A stretch of 64,000 nt of DNA. Origin: Nitrospiraceae bacterium. GTDB taxonomy: Bacteria; Nitrospirota; Nitrospiria; Nitrospirales; Nitrospiraceae. Numbering within the stretch: position 1 is the stretch's first letter; each line of letters opens with the position of its first letter. Location of the stretch: positions 32,001 through 96,000 of the forward strand of contig JBFWWG010000008.1 of NCBI GenBank assembly GCA_050246315.1, given 5' to 3'. Below are positions 43,225 to 52,008 of this stretch, piece after piece. The notes below the pieces were generated by a model. That model made no database searches and was not told where the DNA came from. It saw only the letters and a list, made by a program, of their open reading frames with translations. A program made the translations under genes and the position numbers.

Positions 43225-45054
43225 TTATTCCACGGTCACGCTTTTCGCCAGATTCCGCGGCTGGTCCACATCGGCTCCGCGCAGGATCGCCACATGATAC
43301 GCCAGCAACTGCAGCGGAATCGCGAACAAAATCGGGGACAGCAGCGGATGCGTGTCCGGAACCGTAAACACGGCATCGGCCGTCATGCCCAATTCTCGCT
43401 CGCCTTCGGCCACCAACGCAATGACCGGCGCCCGCCGAGCCTTGACTTCCATGAGATTGCTCACCGTCTTCTCATAGAGCCGATCGCGCGGCGCCAGCAC
43501 CACCACGGGCATGTCCCGGTCGATCAAGGCGATCGGCCCGTGCTTCATCTCGCCGGCGGCGTATCCCTCGGCGTGAATATAGGAAATTTCTTTCAACTTG
43601 AGCGCACCTTCCAGAGCGATCGGATAGTTGATGCCTCTCCCCAGATAGAGAAAGTTGCGCTTCTTGTAAAATCGCTTGGCGATCGCCACGACCTCGGCTT
43701 CCCGCGCCAGAATCCGCTTGACCAGCGTGGGCAAGGTGACAAGTCGCTCCAGCCAGGCCTTGCCGTCGGCCTTGGACAGGACCCCCCGGACACGCCCCAG
43801 ATGCAGGGCCAACATATAGAGCGCGGTCAACTGTCCCGTGAAGGCCTTGGTGGAAGCTACCCCGATTTCAGGCCCGCAATGGGTGTAGAGGATACCGTCC
43901 GATTCGCGCGCCAGCGTGCTGCCGACGACGTTGACGATGGACACGACCCTCGCACCCTTCTGCTTGGCTTCCCGCGCCGCCGCCAGCGTATCGGCGGTCT
44001 CGCCGGATTGGGAAATGGTAATGAACAGATCGTTTTTCTCCACCAACGGATTCCGATATCGGAACTCCGACGCAATATCCACCTGCACCGGCGTCCGGAC
44101 CATTTCTTCCAACAGATATTTGCCCACCAGCCCCGCATGCCAGGACGTGCCGCAGGCGACGATCCAGATCCGGCCGACCGCAGCGAATTGCTCGTTCGTC
44201 AGACCGATATCGGGTAGATCCGCCTCGCCCTCTTCGAACGAATAGCGGCCACGCATCGTATCGAGAATCGTCTGAGGCTGCTCGTAGATCTCCTTCAACA
44301 TGAAGTGCGGAAACCCGCTCTTCTCCGCCGCCGCGGCATCCCACGTCACCTTCGTGATCTGACGGGACACCATCCGCCCCTCGCAGTCGGTCAGTGTGAT
44401 GTCGGAGGGGCCGACTTCCGCCACATCGCCTTCCTCCAGGTACAACACATCGCGGGTATGGTCGAGCATGGCCATCACGTCGGAGGCGACAAAAGAGGCG
44501 CCCGCCGACCGCCCGACCACGAGCGGGCAGCCGGAGCGGGCGGCGACAATCATGTCGGGCTCGCGTTCTGAGATCACGGCGATGGCGTAACTACCCCGGA
44601 TCTCTTTGGTCGCGGCCCGGACCGCTTCACCCAGCTTCATGCCCTTCTTGACGAACCTGTTGATGAGATGCGCAACCACCTCGGTGTCGGTCTCCGATTC
44701 AAAGCGGTACCCGTCCCGCTCCAACTGCTGGCGGAGCGGCACGTAATTTTCAATGATCCCGTTGTGCACCAACACACAGCCTTCCGAGCGATGCGGATGC
44801 GCGTTCTGTTCCGACGGCTTGCCGTGAGTGGCCCATCGTGTATGGCCGATGCCGATATGTCCGTGCAGCTCTTTGCCGAGCAGCGCCTGCTCGAGCTTCA
44901 TCAATTTGCCCACGCTGCGGCGCACCTCAATCCGTTCGCCCTGATGCACCGCCACCCCGGCCGAGTCGTATCCACGATATTCCAACCGTTTGAGCCCACC
45001 CAACAGAATCGGGACCGCGTCTTTGTCACCGATATACCCGACGATTCCGCACAT
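43225..45054 (-). CDS. glmS: Glutamine--fructose-6-phosphate transaminase
   Basis: MCGIVGY, GHTRWATHG, PRNLAKSVTVE. Confidence 0.98.
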   Translation of the reverse strand: MCGIVGYIGDKDAVPILLGGLKRLEYRGYDSAGVAVHQGERIEVRRSVGKLMKLEQALLGKELHGHIGIGHTRWATHGKPSEQNAHPHRSEGCVLVHNGIIENYVPLRQQLERDGYRFESETDTEVVAHLINRFVKKGMKLGEAVRAATKEIRGSYAIAVISEREPDMIVAARSGCPLVVGRSAGASFVASDVMAMLDHTRDVLYLEEGDVAEVGPSDITLTDCEGRMVSRQITKVTWDAAAAEKSGFPHFMLKEIYEQPQTILDTMRGRYSFEEGEADLPDIGLTNEQFAAVGRIWIVACGTSWHAGLVGKYLLEEMVRTPVQVDIASEFRYRNPLVEKNDLFITISQSGETADTLAAAREAKQKGARVVSIVNVVGSTLARESDGILYTHCGPEIGVASTKAFTGQLTALYMLALHLGRVRGVLSKADGKAWLERLVTLPTLVKRILAREAEVVAIAKRFYKKRNFLYLGRGINYPIALEGALKLKEISYIHAEGYAAGEMKHGPIALIDRDMPVVVLAPRDRLYEKTVSNLMEVKARRAPVIALVAEGERELGMTADAVFTVPDTHPLLSPILFAIPLQLLAYHVAILRGADVDQPRNLAKSVTVE

Positions 45055-45060
45055 GATGGG

Positions 45061-46689
45061 CTACCTCCTCTTCACGGACTTCGAGTCTTGCGTCTTCGTA
45101 GCTCGAGACTTCGTCCGACGGGACATTGGAACAGCTCCGGAGACAGATGAGCGTGCGCCGCTCACCGGTTTGCCGCTCTCCGCAAGCATGCGACGCTTGG
45201 TGGCCCAGCCAGGACGGTTGACCTGAGAGGCCCGCCCGATGGCCAGCGCATTCGGCGGCACATCCTGCGTCACGGTCGTGCCAGCGGCGATCAGCGCACC
45301 GCGACCGATCCTCACGGGCGCGACGAGTTGCGTGTCACTGCCCACAAACACGTCGTTTTCGATGACGGTCTGATATTTCTTGACCCCATCGTAGTTACAC
45401 GTGATCGTGCCCGCGCCGATATTCACGCCCTTTCCGATGACCGCATCGCCGAGGTAACTGAGATGATTGGCCTTCGATCCCTCGCCGAGTTCGGCCTTCT
45501 TGATCTCGACGAAATTGCCGACTTTGGCCTGTCGGCGCACCACGGTGCCCGGTCGCAAATGCGCAAACGGTCCAAGATGGGCCTCATCCTCGACCTGCGA
45601 CTCGCGCAGCACGCAGGAATCCAGGATCTCCACCCGATCACCCACCACGCAATCGGTCAAGCGTGCGTGCGAGCGAATTACGCAATCCTCTCCAATCCGG
45701 GTCTGCCCCTCCAACGTCACATGGGGATACAGCACCGTATCGCGTCCCAGTCTCACATCGGCATCGATCCAGGTCGTCGCAGGATCCTTCATCGTCACGC
45801 CCGCCTCAAGCCAGGCGGCCCGAATCCGCTCGCGGATCGTCCGCTCCGCCTCGGCCAATTGCGCCCGCGTGTTGACGCCCAAGCCCTCGGCCGCCTCTTG
45901 AAGTTGCACCGCTGCGACAGGACGCCCCTGCGCGACCGCCAAGCCGACGATGTCGGTCAAGTAATACTCGCCCTGCGCATTCTGGGGACGGATCTGATCA
46001 AGAGCTTCGAACAGAAACGACCCCTCAACGACATAGGTTCCGACGTTGATTTCACGCAAAGCGGCTTCCGCCGGCGTCGCATCCCGATCCTCGACAATGC
46101 GCAGCACTGCCTGGTTCCGAAGAGACCTCGCTCCTTGCTCGAACTCGGCCCGAACTACCCGCCCATACCCGGTCGGATCATCCAAGACGGCGGTGAGCAG
46201 GGTCACGGTGGCCCCATCTTGGCGGTGCACACGGAGCAGTTCCTCGACCGTCTCCTTCGTCAAAAGGGGCGTGTCGCCGTTCAGAATCAAGAACGTTAAC
46301 GGCGTTGAACCCTGCGCGGAAACGAAGACCGGACACGCCTGCCGGACGGCATCCCCTGTGCCCAGTTGTTTTTCCTGCAACACGATATGCAGCGGCGGCC
46401 GGCCGGCCGGCCCTCGCGATTGCGCCTCCAACACGGCCCGCACCCGGTCGCCCTGATGCCCCACAACTACCGCGACACCCCGATCGCCGAACTGCCGGCC
46501 AAGTTCCACCGCATAGAGCACCATCGGCCGACCCGCAACGGGATGCAGAACCTTGACGACCTTCGACTGCATACGTTTGCCCAATCCGGCCGCCATGATG
46601 ATAACGCCGACCCGATCCGAGACACCCGACTCGTTCCGCAAGGCAATTGACGTCGCATCGAGAGGAGCAGACTGCGGGACTCGCTTCAT
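45061..46689 (-). CDS. glmU: Bifunctional UDP-GlcNAc pyrophosphorylase/acetyltransferase
   Basis: AAGLGKRM, GEYYLTD, hexapeptide repeats, HLSYLGD, TCNYDG. Confidence 0.97.
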   Translation of the reverse strand: MKRVPQSAPLDATSIALRNESGVSDRVGVIIMAAGLGKRMQSKVVKVLHPVAGRPMVLYAVELGRQFGDRGVAVVVGHQGDRVRAVLEAQSRGPAGRPPLHIVLQEKQLGTGDAVRQACPVFVSAQGSTPLTFLILNGDTPLLTKETVEELLRVHRQDGATVTLLTAVLDDPTGYGRVVRAEFEQGARSLRNQAVLRIVEDRDATPAEAALREINVGTYVVEGSFLFEALDQIRPQNAQGEYYLTDIVGLAVAQGRPVAAVQLQEAAEGLGVNTRAQLAEAERTIRERIRAAWLEAGVTMKDPATTWIDADVRLGRDTVLYPHVTLEGQTRIGEDCVIRSHARLTDCVVGDRVEILDSCVLRESQVEDEAHLGPFAHLRPGTVVRRQAKVGNFVEIKKAELGEGSKANHLSYLGDAVIGKGVNIGAGTITCNYDGVKKYQTVIENDVFVGSDTQLVAPVRIGRGALIAAGTTVTQDVPPNALAIGRASQVNRPGWATKRRMLAESGKPVSGARSSVSGAVPMSRRTKSRATKTQDSKSVKRR

Positions 46690-47360
46690 CCGATGGGCAC
46701 TCCAATCTCCGGTTGTCGCACCTTGGACCAGGCGCTCTCGTTGCCGGCGTGTGGGTTGGAGGGCTCCGGCGAATACAGCCCACCGGACACGATCAGCTTC
46801 ATCGCCTCTTCCACTGAAATATCGACCGGCGTGACATCTTTCTCCGGCACCAGGAGGAAATACCCCGACGTCGGGTTGGGCGAGGTGGGTACGTACACGT
46901 TCAACAAGGGTTCAGGCGTCACGCGCTGGGCGTCCCCCTGCGTCGTCCCCGTGACAAAGGCAAAACAATACTGGCCGTTCTTGGGAAATTGAATCAGCAC
47001 CACACGGTTGTATCGTCCCCGCTCGCCGACCGACAAGACGTCCATCATGGATTTGATCGTCGAATAGATCCCGCGTACGACGGGCACTCGGTTCAGCAGT
47101 CCCTCCCACCACTTGACAACCTGCCGTCCGATGACATTGGTCGTAAAAAGTCCGACGGCGAGAATCAGCAACACGAGCGTGACAATCCCTAAACCCGGAA
47201 CGTAGGACTGGGGCATCACCAATCGGACAACGACATCGCCCAATATCCCATCCACGGTGACGAATAACGTCTTGAGGATGAGGATCGTCCCCCAGATCGG
47301 TGTAATGACGAGGAGACCGGTCAAAAAGTAGCGTTTGATCGCGGCCTTAACTGGTTTCAT
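46686..47360 (-). CDS. DUF502 membrane protein
   Basis: VYVPTSPNPTSGY, EAMKLIVSGG. Confidence 0.9.
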   Translation of the reverse strand: MKPVKAAIKRYFLTGLLVITPIWGTILILKTLFVTVDGILGDVVVRLVMPQSYVPGLGIVTLVLLILAVGLFTTNVIGRQVVKWWEGLLNRVPVVRGIYSTIKSMMDVLSVGERGRYNRVVLIQFPKNGQYCFAFVTGTTQGDAQRVTPEPLLNVYVPTSPNPTSGYFLLVPEKDVTPVDISVEEAMKLIVSGGLYSPEPSNPHAGNESAWSKVRQPEIGVPIG

Positions 47361-47465
47361 CGGGATCAGCAGGATGACTGGTCATCATACCCAGATCGAA
47401 AGAGCCGTCGCAAGCCTTTTCTTGCTAATTTCAATGACTTGGACTAGGATGCCGGCCACTTTCCC

Positions 47466-48221
47466 GTGACCAAATCCAAACCCAAACCATCGCCCGGTTC
47501 CGTCCTCAGTCCTCGTCGCCGGCCGGGTCTCTTCATTTCCCTGGAAGGAATCGAAGGGAGTGGCAAAACGACCCAGTCGGCGAGGTTGGCCGACTGGCTG
47601 AGTCGAGAGGGATATGAGGTCATCCGGACGCGTGAGCCCGGAGGAACGCCGCTCGCCGAAGCCTTGCGTGACTCGTTATTGAACGCGACAGATGAACCGG
47701 TGGCCCCTTGGACGGAAGTCCTGCTGGTATTGGCCGCACGGGCGCAGCATGTCGCACAGGTGATTCGTCCGACGCTGCAACGAGGCGCCATCGTCCTGTG
47801 CGATCGGTATGTCGATTCCACCTTGGCCTATCAGGCCTATGGACGAGGCCTTCCCTCGGCGATGCTCTTGCGCCTGCATCGACAAGTCACCGATAATCTG
47901 ATGCCCGACCTGACCCTGCTGTTTGACGTGCCGGTGACGGTGGGGCTACGACGCCGTCGAGAGGATGGGACCAAGACCAACCGTTTGGACGAGGAGACCG
48001 GGCAGTTCCATGAACGTGTGCGGCATGGATTTCAGGCTCTCGCGCGGAAGTATCCGTCCCGCATACACGTGATCCCCTCCGGACGAAGCCCGGAGCGGAT
48101 TCACACGGATGTGAAACGTTTGCTGCTGGCCGTCCTGACTCGCAGGAAGGACGCACTGCGTAGACAGAGTCCGACTTCCACTCTTCCGCGACAATTGATG
48201 AGAGCGCATGCCGTTCGCTGA
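47466..48221 (+). CDS. tmk: Thymidylate kinase
   Basis: EGIEGSGKTTQ, TREPGGT, CDRYVDSTLAYQ. Confidence 0.97.
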   Translation: MTKSKPKPSPGSVLSPRRRPGLFISLEGIEGSGKTTQSARLADWLSREGYEVIRTREPGGTPLAEALRDSLLNATDEPVAPWTEVLLVLAARAQHVAQVIRPTLQRGAIVLCDRYVDSTLAYQAYGRGLPSAMLLRLHRQVTDNLMPDLTLLFDVPVTVGLRRRREDGTKTNRLDEETGQFHERVRHGFQALARKYPSRIHVIPSGRSPERIHTDVKRLLLAVLTRRKDALRRQSPTSTLPRQLMRAHAVR

Positions 48222-49251
48222 CGTCGTCGGACATGACCGGGCCAAGAGCCTGTTACGATCGGCCATACTCAACGAGCGCGTGGCCCACGCCTATCTGTTC
48301 CACGGTCCGGACCGGATTGGAAAGCGGCTGCTGGCGTTGCGATTCATGCAGGCCATGGCATGCGAGGCAACTTCACCATCCGATGAACCGGATGCCTGCG
48401 GCCGCTGCCGTTCCTGCCACCAGTTCGATCAGGGCACCCATCCGGACCTCTCCCTGATCCGGCCAGATCCCGAGCAATCGTCCCCACAGATCAAAATCGA
48501 GGACATCCGAGAGCTGGAAAGCCGCCTGATCTATCGCCCGTTGATCGCGCCGCGGAAGTTTTGCCTGATCGACGATGCGGACGCGATGAACCTCCCCGCC
48601 GCGAACGCCTTATTGAAAACCTTGGAAGAACCACCGGGGTATGGGCTGCTCATCCTCGTATCGAGCCGGCCCTACTCAATGCCGGCGACGATCCGCTCCC
48701 GTTGCCAGAGCCTGCGCTTGACCCCGCCGCCATTTGAGCAAAGCGTCCGCCACCTGATGAACATGCGTGGCTGGTCGGAGCCGGACGCCACCGTCCTGAC
48801 GAGCCGCACCGAAGGCCGGCTCGGAGAAGCGCTCATGACCGACCTCGCATCGATCCAAGAGCGACACGATAGTCTTGCGACGCTGCTGGCGCCGCACGCC
48901 TTGCGCTCCACCACGGCGACCCTGACCGCTGCAGAAGCGCTCTCAAAAGAGGACCGACTCAGCGACAGCCTGGATCGGCTTTCCCGATGGGTGCGCGACC
49001 TCGTCCTGGTGGGAATCGGCAGCCGCACGGAATCCTTGACCTATGCCTCGCATCGGCCGCTGCTGGAAACCATCGCCAAGCCAGCGGACAGCGATCGGCT
49101 GCTGGGGCTGCTGCAAGAGATTGACGCCATCCAACGAAACAGCACCCGTAACTTGAATGCTCAACTTGTGCTCGAACACCTCTTACTCCAGCTCCGCGAA
49201 GCCGTCGCCCCCGATCTGCGCACCCCGGTTCCGAGCCCGCGTCATGAATAA
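48208..49251 (+). CDS. holB: DNA polymerase III subunit delta'
   Basis: HAYLF, CGRCRSC, HPD, ANALLKTLEEP, TIRSRCQ; follows tmk. Confidence 0.95.
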   Translation: MPFADVVGHDRAKSLLRSAILNERVAHAYLFHGPDRIGKRLLALRFMQAMACEATSPSDEPDACGRCRSCHQFDQGTHPDLSLIRPDPEQSSPQIKIEDIRELESRLIYRPLIAPRKFCLIDDADAMNLPAANALLKTLEEPPGYGLLILVSSRPYSMPATIRSRCQSLRLTPPPFEQSVRHLMNMRGWSEPDATVLTSRTEGRLGEALMTDLASIQERHDSLATLLAPHALRSTTATLTAAEALSKEDRLSDSLDRLSRWVRDLVLVGIGSRTESLTYASHRPLLETIAKPADSDRLLGLLQEIDAIQRNSTRNLNAQLVLEHLLLQLREAVAPDLRTPVPSPRHE

Positions 49252-49379
49252 TGCGGGCGAGCGCCAGTGTGCGGTCGTCAAATCCCCGGCTGACTTCTCT
49301 TCGCTCCAAACCCGCTATCCATTCTCTGCCTTTCGAAGCGACCTCCGGAAAATCAATACTCATGCCCGACCCCGTTACA
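49065..49379 (+). repeat. Direct repeat copy 1 (315 bp: holB 3' end plus repeat element A1)
   Basis: Matches 50150..50464; one mismatch seen by eye. Confidence 0.95.
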
Positions 49380-49450
49380 GTGACCCTGTGTTTCGGGCAA
49401 ATGCCCAGCAGGCTGATGACCGCCGCGAGCACGTGAGAACGAGCCGGTGG

Positions 49451-49689
49451 TCAGACGTAGAAATGAGGGCGCAAGTCATCTTCGGAGATGAATCGACTGG
49501 CTTGGCGAAAGATGGCGCGGAGCGTTCCAGGGTCTAACTCCGATGGAGCGGAATGGTCAAGACCTGGCGCGCGTCGGTCACTTCGCGGACAAGCTTGGCG
49601 TGGCTGCCCCGCTGGGAGGTTTGGCGAAAGCCGAAGCGGTGGGGAATGCTGAGGACGTCGTGGCCGCTGAGTCTACGAAGCTTGGGCAT
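49451..49689 (-). pseudogene. hicA: HicA-family mRNA interferase toxin, frameshifted
   Basis: MPKLRRLSG...QRGSHAKL...TIPLHR, then TAG at 49534-49536; the shifted frame continues ELDPGTLRAIFRQA...FYV-stop at 49451. Confidence 0.85.
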
Positions 49690-49918
49690 GCAGCGGGTCC
49701 AGCTCCATCGTCAAGACCACGGTGGGGTGCTCTCGCAGACCGAAGGTGGCGGGCGATTCTCCCTCCAGGTGCAAGGCGGTGGCCTCTTGGAGATTCTTGA
49801 CGGTTTCATCCAGCGTGCGCCCCTGAGTGACCACGGCCAGTTCGAGGCATTCTGCGACATAGCCGACGTCATCCCCGGGCCGAATGACGGCCTTGATGGT
49901 TTGTTGCAGCGGACTCAC
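49673..49918 (-). CDS. hicB: HicB-family antitoxin
   Basis: GYVAECLEL.VVTQGRTLDETVKNLQEA; AAGGAGG RBS; overlaps hicA start. Confidence 0.85.
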   Translation of the reverse strand: MSPLQQTIKAVIRPGDDVGYVAECLELAVVTQGRTLDETVKNLQEATALHLEGESPATFGLREHPTVVLTMELDPLHAQAS

Positions 49919-50030
49919 ACGACCTCCTTGGCGGCAATCTTAGGTGCGCAGAATACCGTGGCCGCTCTCTGGGCGCAAGCGACGGTTGGAGCCACCGGAT
50001 ATGCCCTGATCCGCCGCCATGCCTAGGAGT

Positions 50031-50142
50031 GAGTGCGCAGTCGTCAGATCCTGGCCGGCTGCCCCCCTCCCCAAGCGGGCATCCATTCCCTTCCTTTCGG
50101 AGCGGCCGTCTGTAAGTCAATACTCAGGCCTGACCCCGTTAC
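50031..50142. repeat. Repeat element B1 (homologous to A), ending TCAATACTCAGGCCTGACCCCGTTAC
   Basis: Aligns with 49266..49378; last 69 bp recur at 50467..50535. Confidence 0.85.
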
Positions 50143-50149
50143 TGTCGCA

Positions 50150-50464
50150 GGAAACCATCGCCAAGCGAGCGGACAGCGATCGGCTGCTGGGGCTGCTGCA
50201 AGAGATTGACGCCATCCAACGAAACAGCACCCGTAACTTGAATGCTCAACTTGTGCTCGAACACCTCTTACTCCAGCTCCGCGAAGCCGTCGCCCCCGAT
50301 CTGCGCACCCCGGTTCCGAGCCCGCGTCATGAATAATGCGGGCGAGCGCCAGTGTGCGGTCGTCAAATCCCCGGCTGACTTCTCTTCGCTCCAAACCCGC
50401 TATCCATTCTCTGCCTTTCGAAGCGACCTCCGGAAAATCAATACTCATGCCCGACCCCGTTACA
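50150..50464 (+). repeat. Direct repeat copy 2 (holB 3' fragment plus element A2)
   Basis: Duplicate of 49065..49379; encodes the holB C-terminus ...LLQEIDAIQRNSTRNLN...PSPRHE-stop. Confidence 0.95.
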
Positions 50465-50466
50465 CG

Positions 50467-50535
50467 AGCGGGCATCCATTCCCTGCCTTTCGGAGCGGCC
50501 GTCTGTAAGTCAATACTCAGGCCTGACCCCGTTAC
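50467..50535. repeat. Partial repeat element B2 (69 bp)
   Basis: Matches 50074..50142 with one mismatch. Confidence 0.9.
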
Positions 50536-50816
50536 GGATTGGCGATCATGAATTGCATGGCGGATTTCTTTGTGGAACTGGAAAGTGCCGGGGTTAAAAA
50601 CACAAGCAATAGCAGACCCGCCCACCATGTATAGAAGTACATGACTGCGAACGCAGCAGGTATCGAAAGAATCCACACCCAACTCCAGAACATGTGCGCC
50701 GCTTGATACCGCTTAGGCAACATTTTTGAGTTTGCGATTTGAAGAGCCTTTGAGCGATCCACGTCGACTTCCAGTTTTCCTTCGTTCCAAGACCGCACAA
50801 ATTCAGAATGCTCCAT
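50532..50816 (-). CDS. Small membrane protein, second ORF of integron cassette 3 (possibly truncated)
   Basis: TAATG coupling to upstream ORF; two TM segments; stop TAA lies inside repeat B2. Confidence 0.7.
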   Translation of the reverse strand: MEHSEFVRSWNEGKLEVDVDRSKALQIANSKMLPKRYQAAHMFWSWVWILSIPAAFAVMYFYTWWAGLLLLVFLTPALSSSTKKSAMQFMIANP

Positions 50817-51064
50817 TAGGCCTCCGTCACTTTCGAGCGGGCTTTGGCTTGTAATTTGTCGGAAAGCATCAGAAGGCCGATTCCGGGAGCCAATGTGATT
50901 ATCGTTACGACATAGTTGGCCACGTTAAATGGGCTCAGGAGGTCCTGAACGCCGGAAAATCCCTCCTTCATCCAGACCCCAACTATGCCCACCAAAATCA
51001 GGAGACCGGCCAACACAAGCCAGACATACCCAAGCACTTTGCATGTGATTGCCCAGAACTTCAT
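50816..51064 (-). CDS. Small two-TM membrane protein, first ORF of integron cassette 3
   Basis: AAGGGAG RBS then ATG at 51064, just after the attC crossover GTTAGGG. Confidence 0.75.
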   Translation of the reverse strand: MKFWAITCKVLGYVWLVLAGLLILVGIVGVWMKEGFSGVQDLLSPFNVANYVVTIITLAPGIGLLMLSDKLQAKARSKVTEA

Positions 51065-51078
51065 TTCGACTCCCTTAG

Positions 51079-51147
51079 CCCTAACGTCTGAATTCACCGG
51101 CCTTGCGCGGCTTTATGCGCAAGGTCCGGTGGAATGATGGGTTGGGC
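51079..51147 (-). other. attC: attC site (end of cassette 2)
   Basis: R'' GCCCAAC, L'' ATTCCACC, inner stem CCTTGCGC/GCGCAAGG, L' GGTGAAT, R' GTTAGGG; one extrahelical base in L''. Confidence 0.92.
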
Positions 51148-51933
51148 CTAGGTTGCATCAAGTACCCCAGCGGCCACGAGGTCTCTTTTGATCTCCAAGA
51201 GCTTTTCGGAGATGTTGTGAGTAAATCGCTTTTGAATAATTCCGCCAAAGTCTGAAAACAGCGATGTTCCTTCCTTGAGAAGAAGCATTGCACCCGACCG
51301 GTCAAGCCGACCACAGAACCACCCCAGTTCATAAATGACGTTGGGGCGAGCTTGAAGATAGACGTCCTTTCCCGAATTGACTTCATCATCCGGCGTGAAG
51401 ACTGCGATCGCGTAACTGCACGTTTTTGCGTAGTGCTCGAATTTCTCTACTACCGTCTTGCAGCCAGCGTCCGGCTGCTCCTGCAATACGATTGGGTTAA
51501 GACGGAACTCCGATTTCAAGATGTCTTTCAGTTCTCGCCATTTGGCTTCATCTCGGCCATGTATTACGAAAATATTTTCTCGACGGCGCAGTGCATCTTC
51601 GGCCTTCTTCCTAGCCATTAAGTCTGGGTTGCGGGTAAGGCGAGTGAGCGAGGCCCGAACAACTGAGAGAATGTTTTCAACACTCTTGTATGACGGAGAG
51701 CCAGTGAAGTTGGACACACCGTCGTTGAATTCGCCAACGATCTGAGCAGAGTAGGCATTGCTACCGAGAACGTCGTTGAATAGGTCTACAAGTTCCCGAA
51801 CGTACTGTCGAAACAGCGGATCGTCACCGCGACCGATGTGGATGCCATCACGGCTGCGCGTAAACCTGGAGAGTATTCCAGCGAGGTCGCCTTCATACCG
51901 CTTGAGTTCAGCAATGATTGTCTCACCGTCCAA
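51148..51933 (-). CDS. Predicted nucleotide-binding protein with TIR-like domain (CAP12/PycTIR type), cassette 2
   Basis: IFVIHGRDE, VEKFE, AIAVFTPDD, QARPNVIYELGWF, FSDFGGI; AGGAGG RBS before TTG at 51933. Confidence 0.88.
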   Translation of the reverse strand: MDGETIIAELKRYEGDLAGILSRFTRSRDGIHIGRGDDPLFRQYVRELVDLFNDVLGSNAYSAQIVGEFNDGVSNFTGSPSYKSVENILSVVRASLTRLTRNPDLMARKKAEDALRRRENIFVIHGRDEAKWRELKDILKSEFRLNPIVLQEQPDAGCKTVVEKFEHYAKTCSYAIAVFTPDDEVNSGKDVYLQARPNVIYELGWFCGRLDRSGAMLLLKEGTSLFSDFGGIIQKRFTHNISEKLLEIKRDLVAAGVLDAT

Positions 51934-51948
51934 AGTGCTGCCTCCTAG

Positions 51949-52008
51949 GCCCAACGTTCCGCATCAGCCGCGCCGCTTCTTGGCGTCGGCTGCATGCGGC
52001 TGTTAGCT
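51949..52008 (-). other. attC: attC site (end of cassette 1)
   Basis: R'' AGCTAAC, L'' CATGCAGC, L' GCTGATG, R' GTTGGGC; GATGTCAGCTAAC is the perfect complement of the cassette start GTTAGCTGACATC. Confidence 0.92.

Noticed and set aside
45055..45060. glmS ribozyme
   Set aside because: Only 6 bp separate glmU and glmS.
49266..50535. CRISPR array interpretation of the repeats
   Set aside because: Units are 69-110 bp with spacing from 72 to 764 bp, and there are no cas genes in the window.
50044..50682. 212-aa minus-strand ORF with internal repeats (also 48959..49432 and 50019..50336)
   Set aside because: Read-through of repeat elements and the holB duplicate; not a credible gene.
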